Of a stretch of DNA of 64,000 nt, positions 27,791 to 37,823 are shown one piece after another. The translations under genes were made by a program, and so were the position numbers. This stretch comes from a virus. Taxonomy: Duplodnaviria > Caudoviricetes. Under the pieces are notes generated by a model that saw only the letters and a list, made by a program, of their open reading frames with translations, did no database searches and was not told the origin of the DNA. The stretch spans positions 872 through 64,871 of IMG/VR virus record IMGVR_UViG_3300032288_002134. The stretch is one strand, 5' to 3'. The stretch's first letter is position 1. The number at the start of each line of letters is the position of its first letter.

Positions 27791-28714
27791 ATGCCGTACA
27801 TACCTCCGTTTCAATACTATACCAACAATGGCAACGCACCTCAAGATGCTAATTGGGGTTCATACCAATATGTCAGTTTGCAAGATATTGTGAACAACTT
27901 CTTGTTGATGTATACCGGAAATCATTCTTTGGTAAACAACGAAGAGCGATATAAAATTCTGTTTCACGCTAAAAGAGCGATACAAGAATTGAATTATGAT
28001 GCTTTTAAGGAAATAAAAGTATTGGAACTTAGCGTATGTGACCAATTAAGATATGTTCTACCTCCGGACTATGTGAACTGGGTTAGGATATCATTATACC
28101 AAGATGGATGGTTAAGACCATTGACAGAGAATATACAGACATTGTCATCAAGGGCTTATCTTCAAGACCACAACTGTAACATTTTGTTTGACCAAAACGG
28201 TAATATCCTTGAGCCACAGTTCTCAAACATTGACTATGACAGGATTAAGAAAACTAAGAAGAGTATCTATCTGAATCAAGGCAACCAATTTAACGGTCAG
28301 GAAGGTTGGTGCGTTGATGGGATGTGGTATTTTGATTATGGTATTGGTGGTGCTGTAGGATTAAACACAGAGACAGCTAACTTTAACCCTACGTTTAATG
28401 TTGACAAGAAAGCCGGAGTTATAAACTTTGACTCTCATGTAGCCGGTCATACTATAATTCTTGAGTATGTCTCTGATGGTATGGAGAATGGTGACAACTC
28501 TGCTATCAGCGTAAACAAGTTATTTGAGCAGTATGTGTATGCTTATATAAGATATGAGATACTAAACTCTAAGGTAGGCGTTCAGGAATACATTGTGGCA
28601 AGAGCGAGAAAAGAGAGAGGTGCTTTGCTTCGCAATGCCAAGATAAGAATAAGTAATATGCACCCTGGCAGGTTATTGATGAACCTAAGAGGATTGGATA
28701 AAGTAATAAAATAA
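27791..28714 (+). CDS. second tail ring/adaptor protein
   Basis: LPPDYVNWVRIS, ILEYVSDG; position. Confidence 0.55.
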   Translation: MPYIPPFQYYTNNGNAPQDANWGSYQYVSLQDIVNNFLLMYTGNHSLVNNEERYKILFHAKRAIQELNYDAFKEIKVLELSVCDQLRYVLPPDYVNWVRISLYQDGWLRPLTENIQTLSSRAYLQDHNCNILFDQNGNILEPQFSNIDYDRIKKTKKSIYLNQGNQFNGQEGWCVDGMWYFDYGIGGAVGLNTETANFNPTFNVDKKAGVINFDSHVAGHTIILEYVSDGMENGDNSAISVNKLFEQYVYAYIRYEILNSKVGVQEYIVARARKERGALLRNAKIRISNMHPGRLLMNLRGLDKVIK

Positions 28715-28717
28715 GAC

Positions 28718-31700
28718 ATGGCAAATTTTACCAGGAATTTTGTTTTAGGCAAAATGAATAAGACATTCGATGAGCGTGTAGTTCCTGAAGGGGAATACAT
28801 AGATGCCATGAATGTTCGTATGGGTTCTACCGAAAAGTCAGAGGTTGGTGTTATCGAAAACACGAAAGGCAACTTGCCATTGACTACGTTGACGTACACT
28901 GATGGAACTCCATTAAGCACAGAAGCAAGATGTATAGGAGCAATTGATGATAGTGCGAGAGAGACAATCTATTGGTTTGTGCATGATCCCAATTTTTCTA
29001 AATCAAATACCGGTAAGTTAGATTTGGTAGTGTCTTATAACATTTCTACTTTGATATTGACCTATCACATTGTCAGTGTTGACGATGGTGGTGGTGTTAA
29101 TACTACGTTGAATTTCAATCCACAATACTTAATAACAGGTGTTGATTTGATTGAGAATCTTATTTTTTGGACCGATGACTATAACCAACCGAGATTTATA
29201 AATATTAACCGTAACTATGACAACCCTGATGGAGCAGGCATTGACTATAATGGTCAGCCTGCTATATTAGCGGAATCTATTTTGGTTATTAAGAAGCCAC
29301 CGGTAACATCTCCATCAATAACGCTATTAAATACTATAGGTCAAGAGAATTATTTAAGCGATAGGTTTATATGCTTTGCTTATAGGTATAAGTATGCCGA
29401 TGGTGAATACAGTGCTACGTCACAATGGTCAGAGCCGGCATTTGTACCACAGTCATTTAACTTCAGTTCAAATAATTATTTGAACGAAGGAATGACAAAT
29501 GAATATAATGCAGTAGATATTTTTTATAACTCTGGAGGTCCTTTGGTTGTTGGTATAGATTTATTATTTAAACAAGCGACAAATAATATAATTAAGGTAA
29601 TTGAGAAGATTGATAAAGTGGTTGCAGGACTTTCCGACAATACTACTTATTCGTATTTTTTTAATAATAGTAAAATTTTTACTATTCTTTCTGAGTCAGA
29701 GTTGCTGAGGTTATACGATAATGTACCAAGGCTTGCGAAGGCTCAGACTGTTATGGGCAACAGGTTGATGTATGGCAACTATGTTGATGGATATGACGTA
29801 CCTACAAGAATGGATTATTATACACAGTTAGTTTCAGAAAATATAAATATTACAGAAGTGCCAACTTCTTTAGATTCAGTGACATATAATATAGATACAA
29901 CTCATATTGTATTAAATGCTGCATTGAATATATTTTTAGCAGGAATTAATTTTAATTCAGGATCTTCTATTGAATTAAATATAACAATAATTCATGATTC
30001 TTTTACGGGAACTCCTATAACACATACAGAGCAAACTCCTGCTACAAATATACAATTTTCAATATATCTTCAAAATAATTATACATCTGTTTATGATTTT
30101 GCAACAAGTGTTGAATTTCAAGAAGCTATAGGAACTTCGTTGCCAGGTGGTAATATACAAGTTGTTTACAATCCAACACCTGGAGGAGATAATTCATGCG
30201 ATGGAAACACGTTAACAGATAGATTTAACTGTTTTTTACCTTTAACATTAGATGCTTTTATAAAATATGAAAGCGGAATAAATGCTCCAGGGCAAGCTAT
30301 TTTAATTACAACATCTCCATCTTCTGATATTATAACATTATCTATTTTGGCAATGAGATATGTTGATAATCCATCAAGTATAACTCAATCTTTTTATGAA
30401 TATTATAGAATAACAAATTATAATGTTTATTATTCAACTTTAGGTGTTCCAAAAAGTCTTCATAGTAATAGAGGTTATGAGATTGGTATCATTTATATGG
30501 ATGAGTTTAATAGAGCTACTACAACTTTTTGTAGTCCTAATAACACTGTATTTGTACCATGTGAATATTCTAAATATGCAAATTCAGTTACAGTAAATAT
30601 ACCTCCTACACAAGTTGCTCCACCTTGGGCTAAGAGATATAAGTTTGTATGTAAGGCTGACATGGCAGGATATGAAACAATATATTCATATATTTATTAT
30701 AAAAATAATAGTTCTTTTTGGTTTTTATTATTAGGAGAAAGTGCAAGAAAGGTAGAAGTTGGAGATAGGCTTATAGTAAAAGCAGATTCTTCAGGACCTA
30801 CAAATCAGTGTATTTATGTTACGGTATTAGAGAAAGAAGCAAAGCAAGCAAACACTATACCTTCATTAAATAGTAATCCTGAAGGAGTGTATATGAAAAT
30901 AATTTCAACTGAATTAAATGTCTCTTTACCTACAGTTACAAGATATTCAAATGATGAAATTAAATCAGTCTCACAAGGTGTTCCAGAATTAGAATTATTA
31001 GTAAATATACCTGGTACAAATCCATTACAACCAACATGGACATATATTGATTTTGCAAATGGAATACCAAGAGGTAGTAAAGTATCATTTGGTTTATATT
31101 CAAGAATACCTGGAGATTTATTTTGCAATCAAAGAAATTTCCCACTTAATGCACAATATTCAAGCTTTATAAAAGATTTTACATCTAATGCTGATTACGA
31201 TAGTTTTTATGATTGGTTTGTTTCAAGTAATATTGAATATTATATTGGAGGTAATTTTTTACCAGGATTAGGACCAATACCAAATCCACCTTTTCCTGGT
31301 TATAATCCAGAATACGATGTAGTTTATAGATTTGATAGAAATGTAATTACAAACAAGTTAGTATTAAGATTTAAAGGATTAAAGGCGTGTAATGCTTGGT
31401 TTCCAAATGAATATACATCTTCCTTAAATAAAATGTATTATAGTGTAACATATCCATTAAATATTAATCCTTTTATCTTTGAAACGATGCCATTGGATAC
31501 ATTACCTGATGTGTTCTATGAAAACAATCTATCTTTCCCTATTGATGTAGATGGTAATCACTTGTCTAATGGTGCTGCCGGAGACCAATCACAGGACATA
31601 GCATTGGGCATACCTGCTATCATACAGACAGACTTCTTCAACTGCTTTGCTTTCGGTAACGGTGCAGAGAGCTACAAGATAAGAGACTCCATAATAGGCA

Positions 31701-33373
31701 GAGACTTTAACTTAGGAAACAGAATAACAACAGTAGCAGCGCAAGACTATAAAGAGTCAAGGCGCATAGCTGACATTACATATAGTGGTGTGTACAACCC
31801 TGAGACCAATGTAAACAAACTCAATGAGTTTAACTCAGGTCTTTTGAACTACAAGAACCTTGAACTGTCATTCGGTGCTATCCAAAAGATGGATGGAAGG
31901 GAGACTGATGTATTAGTTCTTCAAGAGGACAAGATATCTTATGTGTTAGCCGGTAAGAACCTATTGTCTGATGCTGCTGCCGGTGGTGCTATCACCTCTG
32001 TTCCGGAGGTTTTAGGTACACAGATAGCAAGGACAGAGAAGTATGGTATTAGTTTCAATCCGGAAAGCTATGTTCAATGGGGTTACGATAGATTCTTTAC
32101 GGATGCCAAGCGTGGTGCTGTACTACAGCTAAGAGGTAACTCATACAACAGCGATCAGCTTGCTGCAATCTCTGACATGAACATGAGGACATGGTTTAGA
32201 GATGAGTTTAATAACTCTTTCAACACTCAGAAGTTGGGCGGTTATGACCCTTACATGAATGAGTATGTGTTGACTATAAATGACATAGACCTTCCGTTTG
32301 AGGTAGAGTGTATCAAGTGTGGTACTACTCAGACCTTTACTTTTGCTCAAGGCGAAAAGGGTAAAACTATATATAACTATTGCATTGACACAGGAGTATA
32401 TATAGGTAATGTTACAATTGATTGGTTTTTAACGTCTATAGATCCTACGTCAAACTTTGTCATAGATGCTACTTATAATGGTATAACTTATTCTAGTGGA
32501 GTTCAAAACTCTGCCGGTCAGCTTACATTCTTAAAGTATCTTACTGAAGGATTAGTGGATATTCAATTGACAGTAACAGGTAATGCGGTAATAAACATCA
32601 CAGTTGCTTGTCCGGTAAAAGAGCCTTTGAATTTAGTTCAGGTAGTGTTGACAAACAACTACGAAGCAGGCACAGGTCTTGTTACTCAGTTCTATTATAC
32701 CAATCCACCATACATCTCACCTACCGGATACAACTTCTTCACTTTCTTGAGTGGTCCAAGTAATCCATTGGTATCATTGTATAGCATCACGTCTGGATTT
32801 GTGGGAACAGGAATAATGCCTCCTGAAGGAGCAACTATGACATTGCAGACAAACATAAATTTCCCTTGGGCTTCTTTTGTATTCGACACTGCTACAGATA
32901 GGTTTAAGTATCACAGATCAACAACTTTGTATAATAACAATAGTGTTGACATGAATGCTTTACTTGCCGTAGCTTCTACTGCGATGCCAATAAGCAATCC
33001 TAGTAGTGGCATATATAATGCCCCATTCACTGTACCTCCTTCAGTAAATGGAGACTATCTTTATCTGATATGGGATTTGAGGTCATCTACTGAGGTTCAG
33101 CTTTGTCAAAGTGATTCGCTTGAGGATGTGTGCTGTAATTGTATTCCATGTACAGAGACTTGCTCTTATTATGTATTTACCAATCCTGAGACAGCGACAG
33201 AGAATGCTATTATAGAGTTTCCATTAGGTACTTGCTTTGAGCCTGTATTATTCACTCAGACATTAGAACCTGGTAACTCAATAGGATTTTGCTTATTAAA
33301 TGATGATAATAATTATGTTATAATACAAGGCAATCCAATCGTTTATATGGACAATTGCTATTGTGGTTTTTAA
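28718..33373 (+). CDS. tail stabilisation/nozzle protein (P22 gp10 / crAss muzzle-like)
   Basis: GKMNK..DER.VPEGEYIDAMN, GNRLMYGNY, YGISFNPES, GGYDPY. Confidence 0.7.
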   Translation: MANFTRNFVLGKMNKTFDERVVPEGEYIDAMNVRMGSTEKSEVGVIENTKGNLPLTTLTYTDGTPLSTEARCIGAIDDSARETIYWFVHDPNFSKSNTGKLDLVVSYNISTLILTYHIVSVDDGGGVNTTLNFNPQYLITGVDLIENLIFWTDDYNQPRFININRNYDNPDGAGIDYNGQPAILAESILVIKKPPVTSPSITLLNTIGQENYLSDRFICFAYRYKYADGEYSATSQWSEPAFVPQSFNFSSNNYLNEGMTNEYNAVDIFYNSGGPLVVGIDLLFKQATNNIIKVIEKIDKVVAGLSDNTTYSYFFNNSKIFTILSESELLRLYDNVPRLAKAQTVMGNRLMYGNYVDGYDVPTRMDYYTQLVSENINITEVPTSLDSVTYNIDTTHIVLNAALNIFLAGINFNSGSSIELNITIIHDSFTGTPITHTEQTPATNIQFSIYLQNNYTSVYDFATSVEFQEAIGTSLPGGNIQVVYNPTPGGDNSCDGNTLTDRFNCFLPLTLDAFIKYESGINAPGQAILITTSPSSDIITLSILAMRYVDNPSSITQSFYEYYRITNYNVYYSTLGVPKSLHSNRGYEIGIIYMDEFNRATTTFCSPNNTVFVPCEYSKYANSVTVNIPPTQVAPPWAKRYKFVCKADMAGYETIYSYIYYKNNSSFWFLLLGESARKVEVGDRLIVKADSSGPTNQCIYVTVLEKEAKQANTIPSLNSNPEGVYMKIISTELNVSLPTVTRYSNDEIKSVSQGVPELELLVNIPGTNPLQPTWTYIDFANGIPRGSKVSFGLYSRIPGDLFCNQRNFPLNAQYSSFIKDFTSNADYDSFYDWFVSSNIEYYIGGNFLPGLGPIPNPPFPGYNPEYDVVYRFDRNVITNKLVLRFKGLKACNAWFPNEYTSSLNKMYYSVTYPLNINPFIFETMPLDTLPDVFYENNLSFPIDVDGNHLSNGAAGDQSQDIALGIPAIIQTDFFNCFAFGNGAESYKIRDSIIGRDFNLGNRITTVAAQDYKESRRIADITYSGVYNPETNVNKLNEFNSGLLNYKNLELSFGAIQKMDGRETDVLVLQEDKISYVLAGKNLLSDAAAGGAITSVPEVLGTQIARTEKYGISFNPESYVQWGYDRFFTDAKRGAVLQLRGNSYNSDQLAAISDMNMRTWFRDEFNNSFNTQKLGGYDPYMNEYVLTINDIDLPFEVECIKCGTTQTFTFAQGEKGKTIYNYCIDTGVYIGNVTIDWFLTSIDPTSNFVIDATYNGITYSSGVQNSAGQLTFLKYLTEGLVDIQLTVTGNAVINITVACPVKEPLNLVQVVLTNNYEAGTGLVTQFYYTNPPYISPTGYNFFTFLSGPSNPLVSLYSITSGFVGTGIMPPEGATMTLQTNINFPWASFVFDTATDRFKYHRSTTLYNNNSVDMNALLAVASTAMPISNPSSGIYNAPFTVPPSVNGDYLYLIWDLRSSTEVQLCQSDSLEDVCCNCIPCTETCSYYVFTNPETATENAIIEFPLGTCFEPVLFTQTLEPGNSIGFCLLNDDNNYVIIQGNPIVYMDNCYCGF

Positions 33374-33383
33374 AATTTAATCA

Positions 33384-34331
33384 ATGCCTACTCAACAAAC
33401 ATACTACCTTAACGGTCCTACATTAGCAACTGCTACAGCAGTGTTCTTAGATTCGGGAATGACTACCTGCGCTCCGGATGGATACTACTTTGATGGCACT
33501 ATAGCAAGACAGCAATTTAGTTGTAGCCTACTACCGGCAGAGGCTTGTCCTACTTGTGGTGATCCATGTAAGGATTCGATAGACGAGCTTGTATCTAACG
33601 AAGGTGTTTACTATGTTACCTTTGATGCAGGTACGACCATATATGATACCGGTGCTATAATAATTGCATTTGCAGTTGATAGCGGTTCAGTTAATGGTAT
33701 AAGAGTAAACTTTGATGGTGTATTATACAATGAGCTTAGTTCTCCAATATATGGCTACTTAGCAGGAACGCCAAGTACAGCATTTACTTATATAGGTACT
33801 GTTGCAAATGATTGTGGTATAGAAGGCACTACATTTACTTTGGATGAATATGCTTATCTACCTCCTCCTCCTGCTTATGTTCCAATGGGTAGCACTACAA
33901 ACATAACTGTTACAGCAGGAGAGATGCAGTTGACTCCAGGAGATCCTGGCGTATGTATCATGGTTATACCTAAGCCTACTACAATACCAAATACCATTGA
34001 CATAACGATTGTCGGTCCTTGTCCTACGTCAACTGCCATCATAAGTGTGTCATGTCCGGTAAAGCTACCATCATTCCAAAGTACATTGGGAGTAACTGCG
34101 GTTGTTACTGCTATCTTTTGTATCTTACCTTTTGCTTATACCTACTATGTAGCTCCGGTAAATGGTGATGGTGTAACATTAGGATTGTACGACTGGGTAT
34201 TCTCGGATATAAACGGAGCGAATGTGTTACCTGATGGGTTCTACCGATCTCCGGCAGTACCTGTTCCTTTTGACACCTATGAGGTACAGAACGGTGTTAT
34301 CGTAGCGTTCCATAGTTATTGTGCATTATAA
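33384..34331 (+). CDS. Cys/Thr/Pro-rich virion protein
   Basis: CAPDGYY motif; lies between nozzle parts. Confidence 0.6.
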   Translation: MPTQQTYYLNGPTLATATAVFLDSGMTTCAPDGYYFDGTIARQQFSCSLLPAEACPTCGDPCKDSIDELVSNEGVYYVTFDAGTTIYDTGAIIIAFAVDSGSVNGIRVNFDGVLYNELSSPIYGYLAGTPSTAFTYIGTVANDCGIEGTTFTLDEYAYLPPPPAYVPMGSTTNITVTAGEMQLTPGDPGVCIMVIPKPTTIPNTIDITIVGPCPTSTAIISVSCPVKLPSFQSTLGVTAVVTAIFCILPFAYTYYVAPVNGDGVTLGLYDWVFSDINGANVLPDGFYRSPAVPVPFDTYEVQNGVIVAFHSYCAL

Positions 34332-34341
34332 AAAATAAAAC

Positions 34342-35166
34342 ATGGCAGTAATAGAAAATTTTTATACATTAACTTATAGTCAGGCTGTTACCGGTTGGGT
34401 ATCATTCTATTCCTTCAATCCGGATTGGATGATAGGGATGAATCAATATTTCTATACCTTCAAAGGTGGCAATCTATACAGACATAGCGTTAATACGTTC
34501 AGAAATACATTTTATCAGCCTTGGTGGACTTTAATGGGAGATAAGGCAGGTTCATTTACTCCTACGTCATTGACGAGTGTGTTCAATAATATACCACTTG
34601 AGAATAAGTTGTTCAAGACTTTAAACCTTGAGGGTGACTCTGTATGGGATGCCACACTTACAACGGACATACAGTCATCAGGATTTATTGACAGCAAATG
34701 GTTTGAGAAGAAAGAGCAGTCGTACTTTGCCTTTGTAAGAAATGACAAGACCGGTGAGTTGTCTATACGAAGCACGAATGGTATCGGTAAGAGCTATCAA
34801 GTGAATGTAGCAGGTGATACCATAGACTTCTCTATCAATCCATTGGTTGACATTGGGTCTATTATAAGCATAGGTGACTACTTGTATTTCTCATTGCCTC
34901 CTTATACTGCTATACAGTTAGCAGGTAGCGTATTGCAGATAAACAGAAACTATCCGGCAGGTATAAACCAATTAGTGATAGACATCACTATTCCTGGTGC
35001 TATTCCTATTCCGGTACAAGATGCTTATTATCTGTACACTAAGAACTCTGTGGCAGAGTCACATGGTGTATTGGGTCACTACTGTGTGTTCAAGATTGAC
35101 AATTTCTCAAAAGATAAAATAGAATTATTTGCAGTTGAGTCAGAAGTTATGAAAAGTTATCCATAA
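34342..35166 (+). CDS. nozzle C-terminal-like protein
   Basis: TLTYS...GWVSFYSF.PDWM, KLFKTLNLEG, KIELFAV. Confidence 0.6.
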   Translation: MAVIENFYTLTYSQAVTGWVSFYSFNPDWMIGMNQYFYTFKGGNLYRHSVNTFRNTFYQPWWTLMGDKAGSFTPTSLTSVFNNIPLENKLFKTLNLEGDSVWDATLTTDIQSSGFIDSKWFEKKEQSYFAFVRNDKTGELSIRSTNGIGKSYQVNVAGDTIDFSINPLVDIGSIISIGDYLYFSLPPYTAIQLAGSVLQINRNYPAGINQLVIDITIPGAIPIPVQDAYYLYTKNSVAESHGVLGHYCVFKIDNFSKDKIELFAVESEVMKSYP

Positions 35167-35182
35167 TTTATATCTTTGTTTT

Positions 35183-35587
35183 ATGGAAGTTAGAAAGATA
35201 CAACACGATGACTATGACAATATTCTTGTCAAATGGTGGAACGACTGGGCGTGGGATGCTCCAACGAGAGACTTCCTACCGGACAATGGTGAAGGTGGTA
35301 TCATAATCTATGACGAAGATATACCTGTTTGTGCCGGATACATATATGTGACCAACTCAAAGGTGGCATGGGTAGATTGGGTCATATCGAACAAGGAATA
35401 TAAAAAAAAGCCACAAAGAAGTGAGGCAATTAAGTTATTGGTATTAACTTTGACAGAAATAAGTACTAACTTAGGGAGCAAATATTGTTACGCATTGATT
35501 AAACATAAAAGCCTTATAGAGGTCTATCAAGAACTTGGATATATCAAGGGAGATGACTATGTAGGGGAAATGATAAAAATAATATAA
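35183..35587 (+). CDS. GNAT-fold protein preceding the ejection proteins
   Basis: AWVDWVISN...YQELGY; T7 gp13-like position. Confidence 0.55.
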   Translation: MEVRKIQHDDYDNILVKWWNDWAWDAPTRDFLPDNGEGGIIIYDEDIPVCAGYIYVTNSKVAWVDWVISNKEYKKKPQRSEAIKLLVLTLTEISTNLGSKYCYALIKHKSLIEVYQELGYIKGDDYVGEMIKII

Positions 35588-35589
35588 CT

Positions 35590-36441
35590 ATGGCAGCAGG
35601 AACGGCAGCAATTATCGGAGCAGTATCTAGTGGTGTAGGTGCTGTGATGTCTTTCGCTCAGGTAGCGGAACAGCAAAAGAATATACAGAAGGCGCAAGAG
35701 TCAGCAGCAAAATTCATGTCTGAGGCTCGCAAAAAGATTGAGGTCAACTATATGGACCAACTATCTATAAACAAAGAGCCGTATGAGCTACAGAGAGAGG
35801 CTCTGTTGTCATCAGGTGCGCAGGCTATACAAGCAGCAGCCGAAGGTGACAGAGGCGCAGCAGCAGCAGCCGGAAGGGTTCAGATGGCACAGACTGAGGC
35901 TCAAGGTCAGATAAGAACAGAGATGGGTAAGGAGCTATCCGACTTAGAGAAGCTATCAGCTCAGGAGGAGTCAAGACTTAGAGATATAGGTGTACAGTTG
36001 GACTTAGGTGAGGTTGAGGGAGCGCAGAGAGCTATGGCTGATGCTGAGGAGGCAAAGGCTAGGTCTATGACACAAGGCTTTCAAGGATTACAAGGCATAG
36101 CTACAAACGTAGCACAACTCGTTCCATTGTATATGCAGACAGGAGCAGGCAAGGCTTATGATAAGTCTGAGGCTGCTTACAAAAATGCTGCTGCTACAGA
36201 AGGTGGTTTATCTAAAGCGTTTTATGACAAAAATAATAATCCATTGTCATATCAACAAGCGATGTCAATAGCTAAAGGTGAATCAGGATTAGGTACTATG
36301 CAGCCAAATAGATTCTATGATTATACTATTGGTAGAGGTAAGGATTATTTCAATGTAGATTGGTCTCAATCACCAACAGGATATAATCCAAATCAAAATC
36401 AAAATCAAGCTCCAACAATGATAGCTCCTTGGTTAAAATAA
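35590..36441 (+). CDS. internal virion/ejection protein
   Basis: Gly/Ala-rich hydrophobic N-terminus, Ala/Gln coiled coil. Confidence 0.6.
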   Translation: MAAGTAAIIGAVSSGVGAVMSFAQVAEQQKNIQKAQESAAKFMSEARKKIEVNYMDQLSINKEPYELQREALLSSGAQAIQAAAEGDRGAAAAAGRVQMAQTEAQGQIRTEMGKELSDLEKLSAQEESRLRDIGVQLDLGEVEGAQRAMADAEEAKARSMTQGFQGLQGIATNVAQLVPLYMQTGAGKAYDKSEAAYKNAAATEGGLSKAFYDKNNNPLSYQQAMSIAKGESGLGTMQPNRFYDYTIGRGKDYFNVDWSQSPTGYNPNQNQNQAPTMIAPWLK

Positions 36442-36466
36442 ATAGGATTGGTAATAAGTTTAAATT

Positions 36467-37816
36467 ATGAGAGAGGATTATATAGATTTCTTATTTTATC
36501 TAGCAAAACAAGAAAAATATCCTGGAAGCAGAGATGAGTTTGTAGAAAAAATACAGACCGATGACTCTTATTTTAAATATGCTCTCTATATGGCTAGGAA
36601 TAATAAAGATCAATACAAAGGTACTGACGAAGAGTTCTCTATTGCCATAGGTAAAACAAAGCCTCAAAGCACTCAGCCAGAAACGGTAGCTACAGAAGAA
36701 ACTGCTAAGGCAGAACCTACTACAACAGAGCCTGCTAAGGTAGAACCTACTAAGGTAGAGCCTCAGGCAACTGAGACTGTAACTGCTAAGGTAGAAGAGC
36801 CGGTAAAAGAGGTAGAAGCTCCAAAAGATGAGGTTGTAAAGAAAGAAATGCCTATTGGTGAGAACCTACTTCCTATTACCGAGAAGACAGAGGTCAAATC
36901 TGTTGAGACACCAAGTAACAAATTAGTTGTAAAGTCAGAGAAGAAAGAGGAAGTAAAAGAGAAGCCAAAGCCAGAGGGTAAACCTCAGATGCAGGTAAAG
37001 GATATAACGAAAGAAGAGCCTAAGAACTTGAAAGTTAAACTAAGGGATATTGAAACAGTTCCTTTTGAACCTAGCAAGAAATATAAGCCTTATGGTGAGA
37101 AAGGTCCTGATGTCTATTATTATGAAGACTACGACCAATATGTAATAAAAGAAGGAGACAAGAATATCATAGCTAAGAAAGGCTCTGATAAATATAACGA
37201 GCTTGATAGTAAAATTGGAGAATCTGTAAAGGGAACTAAATATGGGAAAGGAGAATGTCCTGAGTATCAAGGTGGCTGTCCAAAAAATATAGATGAAGTA
37301 AGAGAGTATTTTCAAAAAAAAGGTAGAGGTAGCTATGAAACAATTATTGTTGATAAAGAAGCAAATTTAGTGGAAGAAATTGATGGTTTTCTAACTCAAT
37401 TGAATCCTGAAACAAAAAAAATTGAAAGACTTGAATATCCTAGTTCTATGATAGAATCATACGAAAGTGGAGAATATAAGAGAATAGGTAAAACACGCAG
37501 ATACGTTGCAGAAGAACCCCCTAAAAGCGAAAGATTTAGTATATATAAACCTTTTGGAGAAAATGGAAGATCATTTATATATGATAATAATACAGAGGTT
37601 ATAATGCAAGAAACGGATGATAAAATAATGTCAAAAGATGGTAAACCTATGACTACATGGATAGATATACCAATGCCAGAACCAGAATACAAAGAAGCAA
37701 AAGCTCTTATAGAAGGTCTTAAATTTCAAAAAGAGAAAGGTTCTAAGAATACTTTTGTACCTTTGACAACAACACCAGGAATGCAAGAATGGTCACCTAT
37801 TCCAAATAAAAAATAA
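36467..37816 (+). CDS. putative cargo protein with N-terminal helical repeat and E/P/K/T linker
   Basis: 449-aa ORF; KVEP repeats. Confidence 0.65.
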   Translation: MREDYIDFLFYLAKQEKYPGSRDEFVEKIQTDDSYFKYALYMARNNKDQYKGTDEEFSIAIGKTKPQSTQPETVATEETAKAEPTTTEPAKVEPTKVEPQATETVTAKVEEPVKEVEAPKDEVVKKEMPIGENLLPITEKTEVKSVETPSNKLVVKSEKKEEVKEKPKPEGKPQMQVKDITKEEPKNLKVKLRDIETVPFEPSKKYKPYGEKGPDVYYYEDYDQYVIKEGDKNIIAKKGSDKYNELDSKIGESVKGTKYGKGECPEYQGGCPKNIDEVREYFQKKGRGSYETIIVDKEANLVEEIDGFLTQLNPETKKIERLEYPSSMIESYESGEYKRIGKTRRYVAEEPPKSERFSIYKPFGENGRSFIYDNNTEVIMQETDDKIMSKDGKPMTTWIDIPMPEPEYKEAKALIEGLKFQKEKGSKNTFVPLTTTPGMQEWSPIPNKK

Positions 37817-37823
37817 ATAATAT

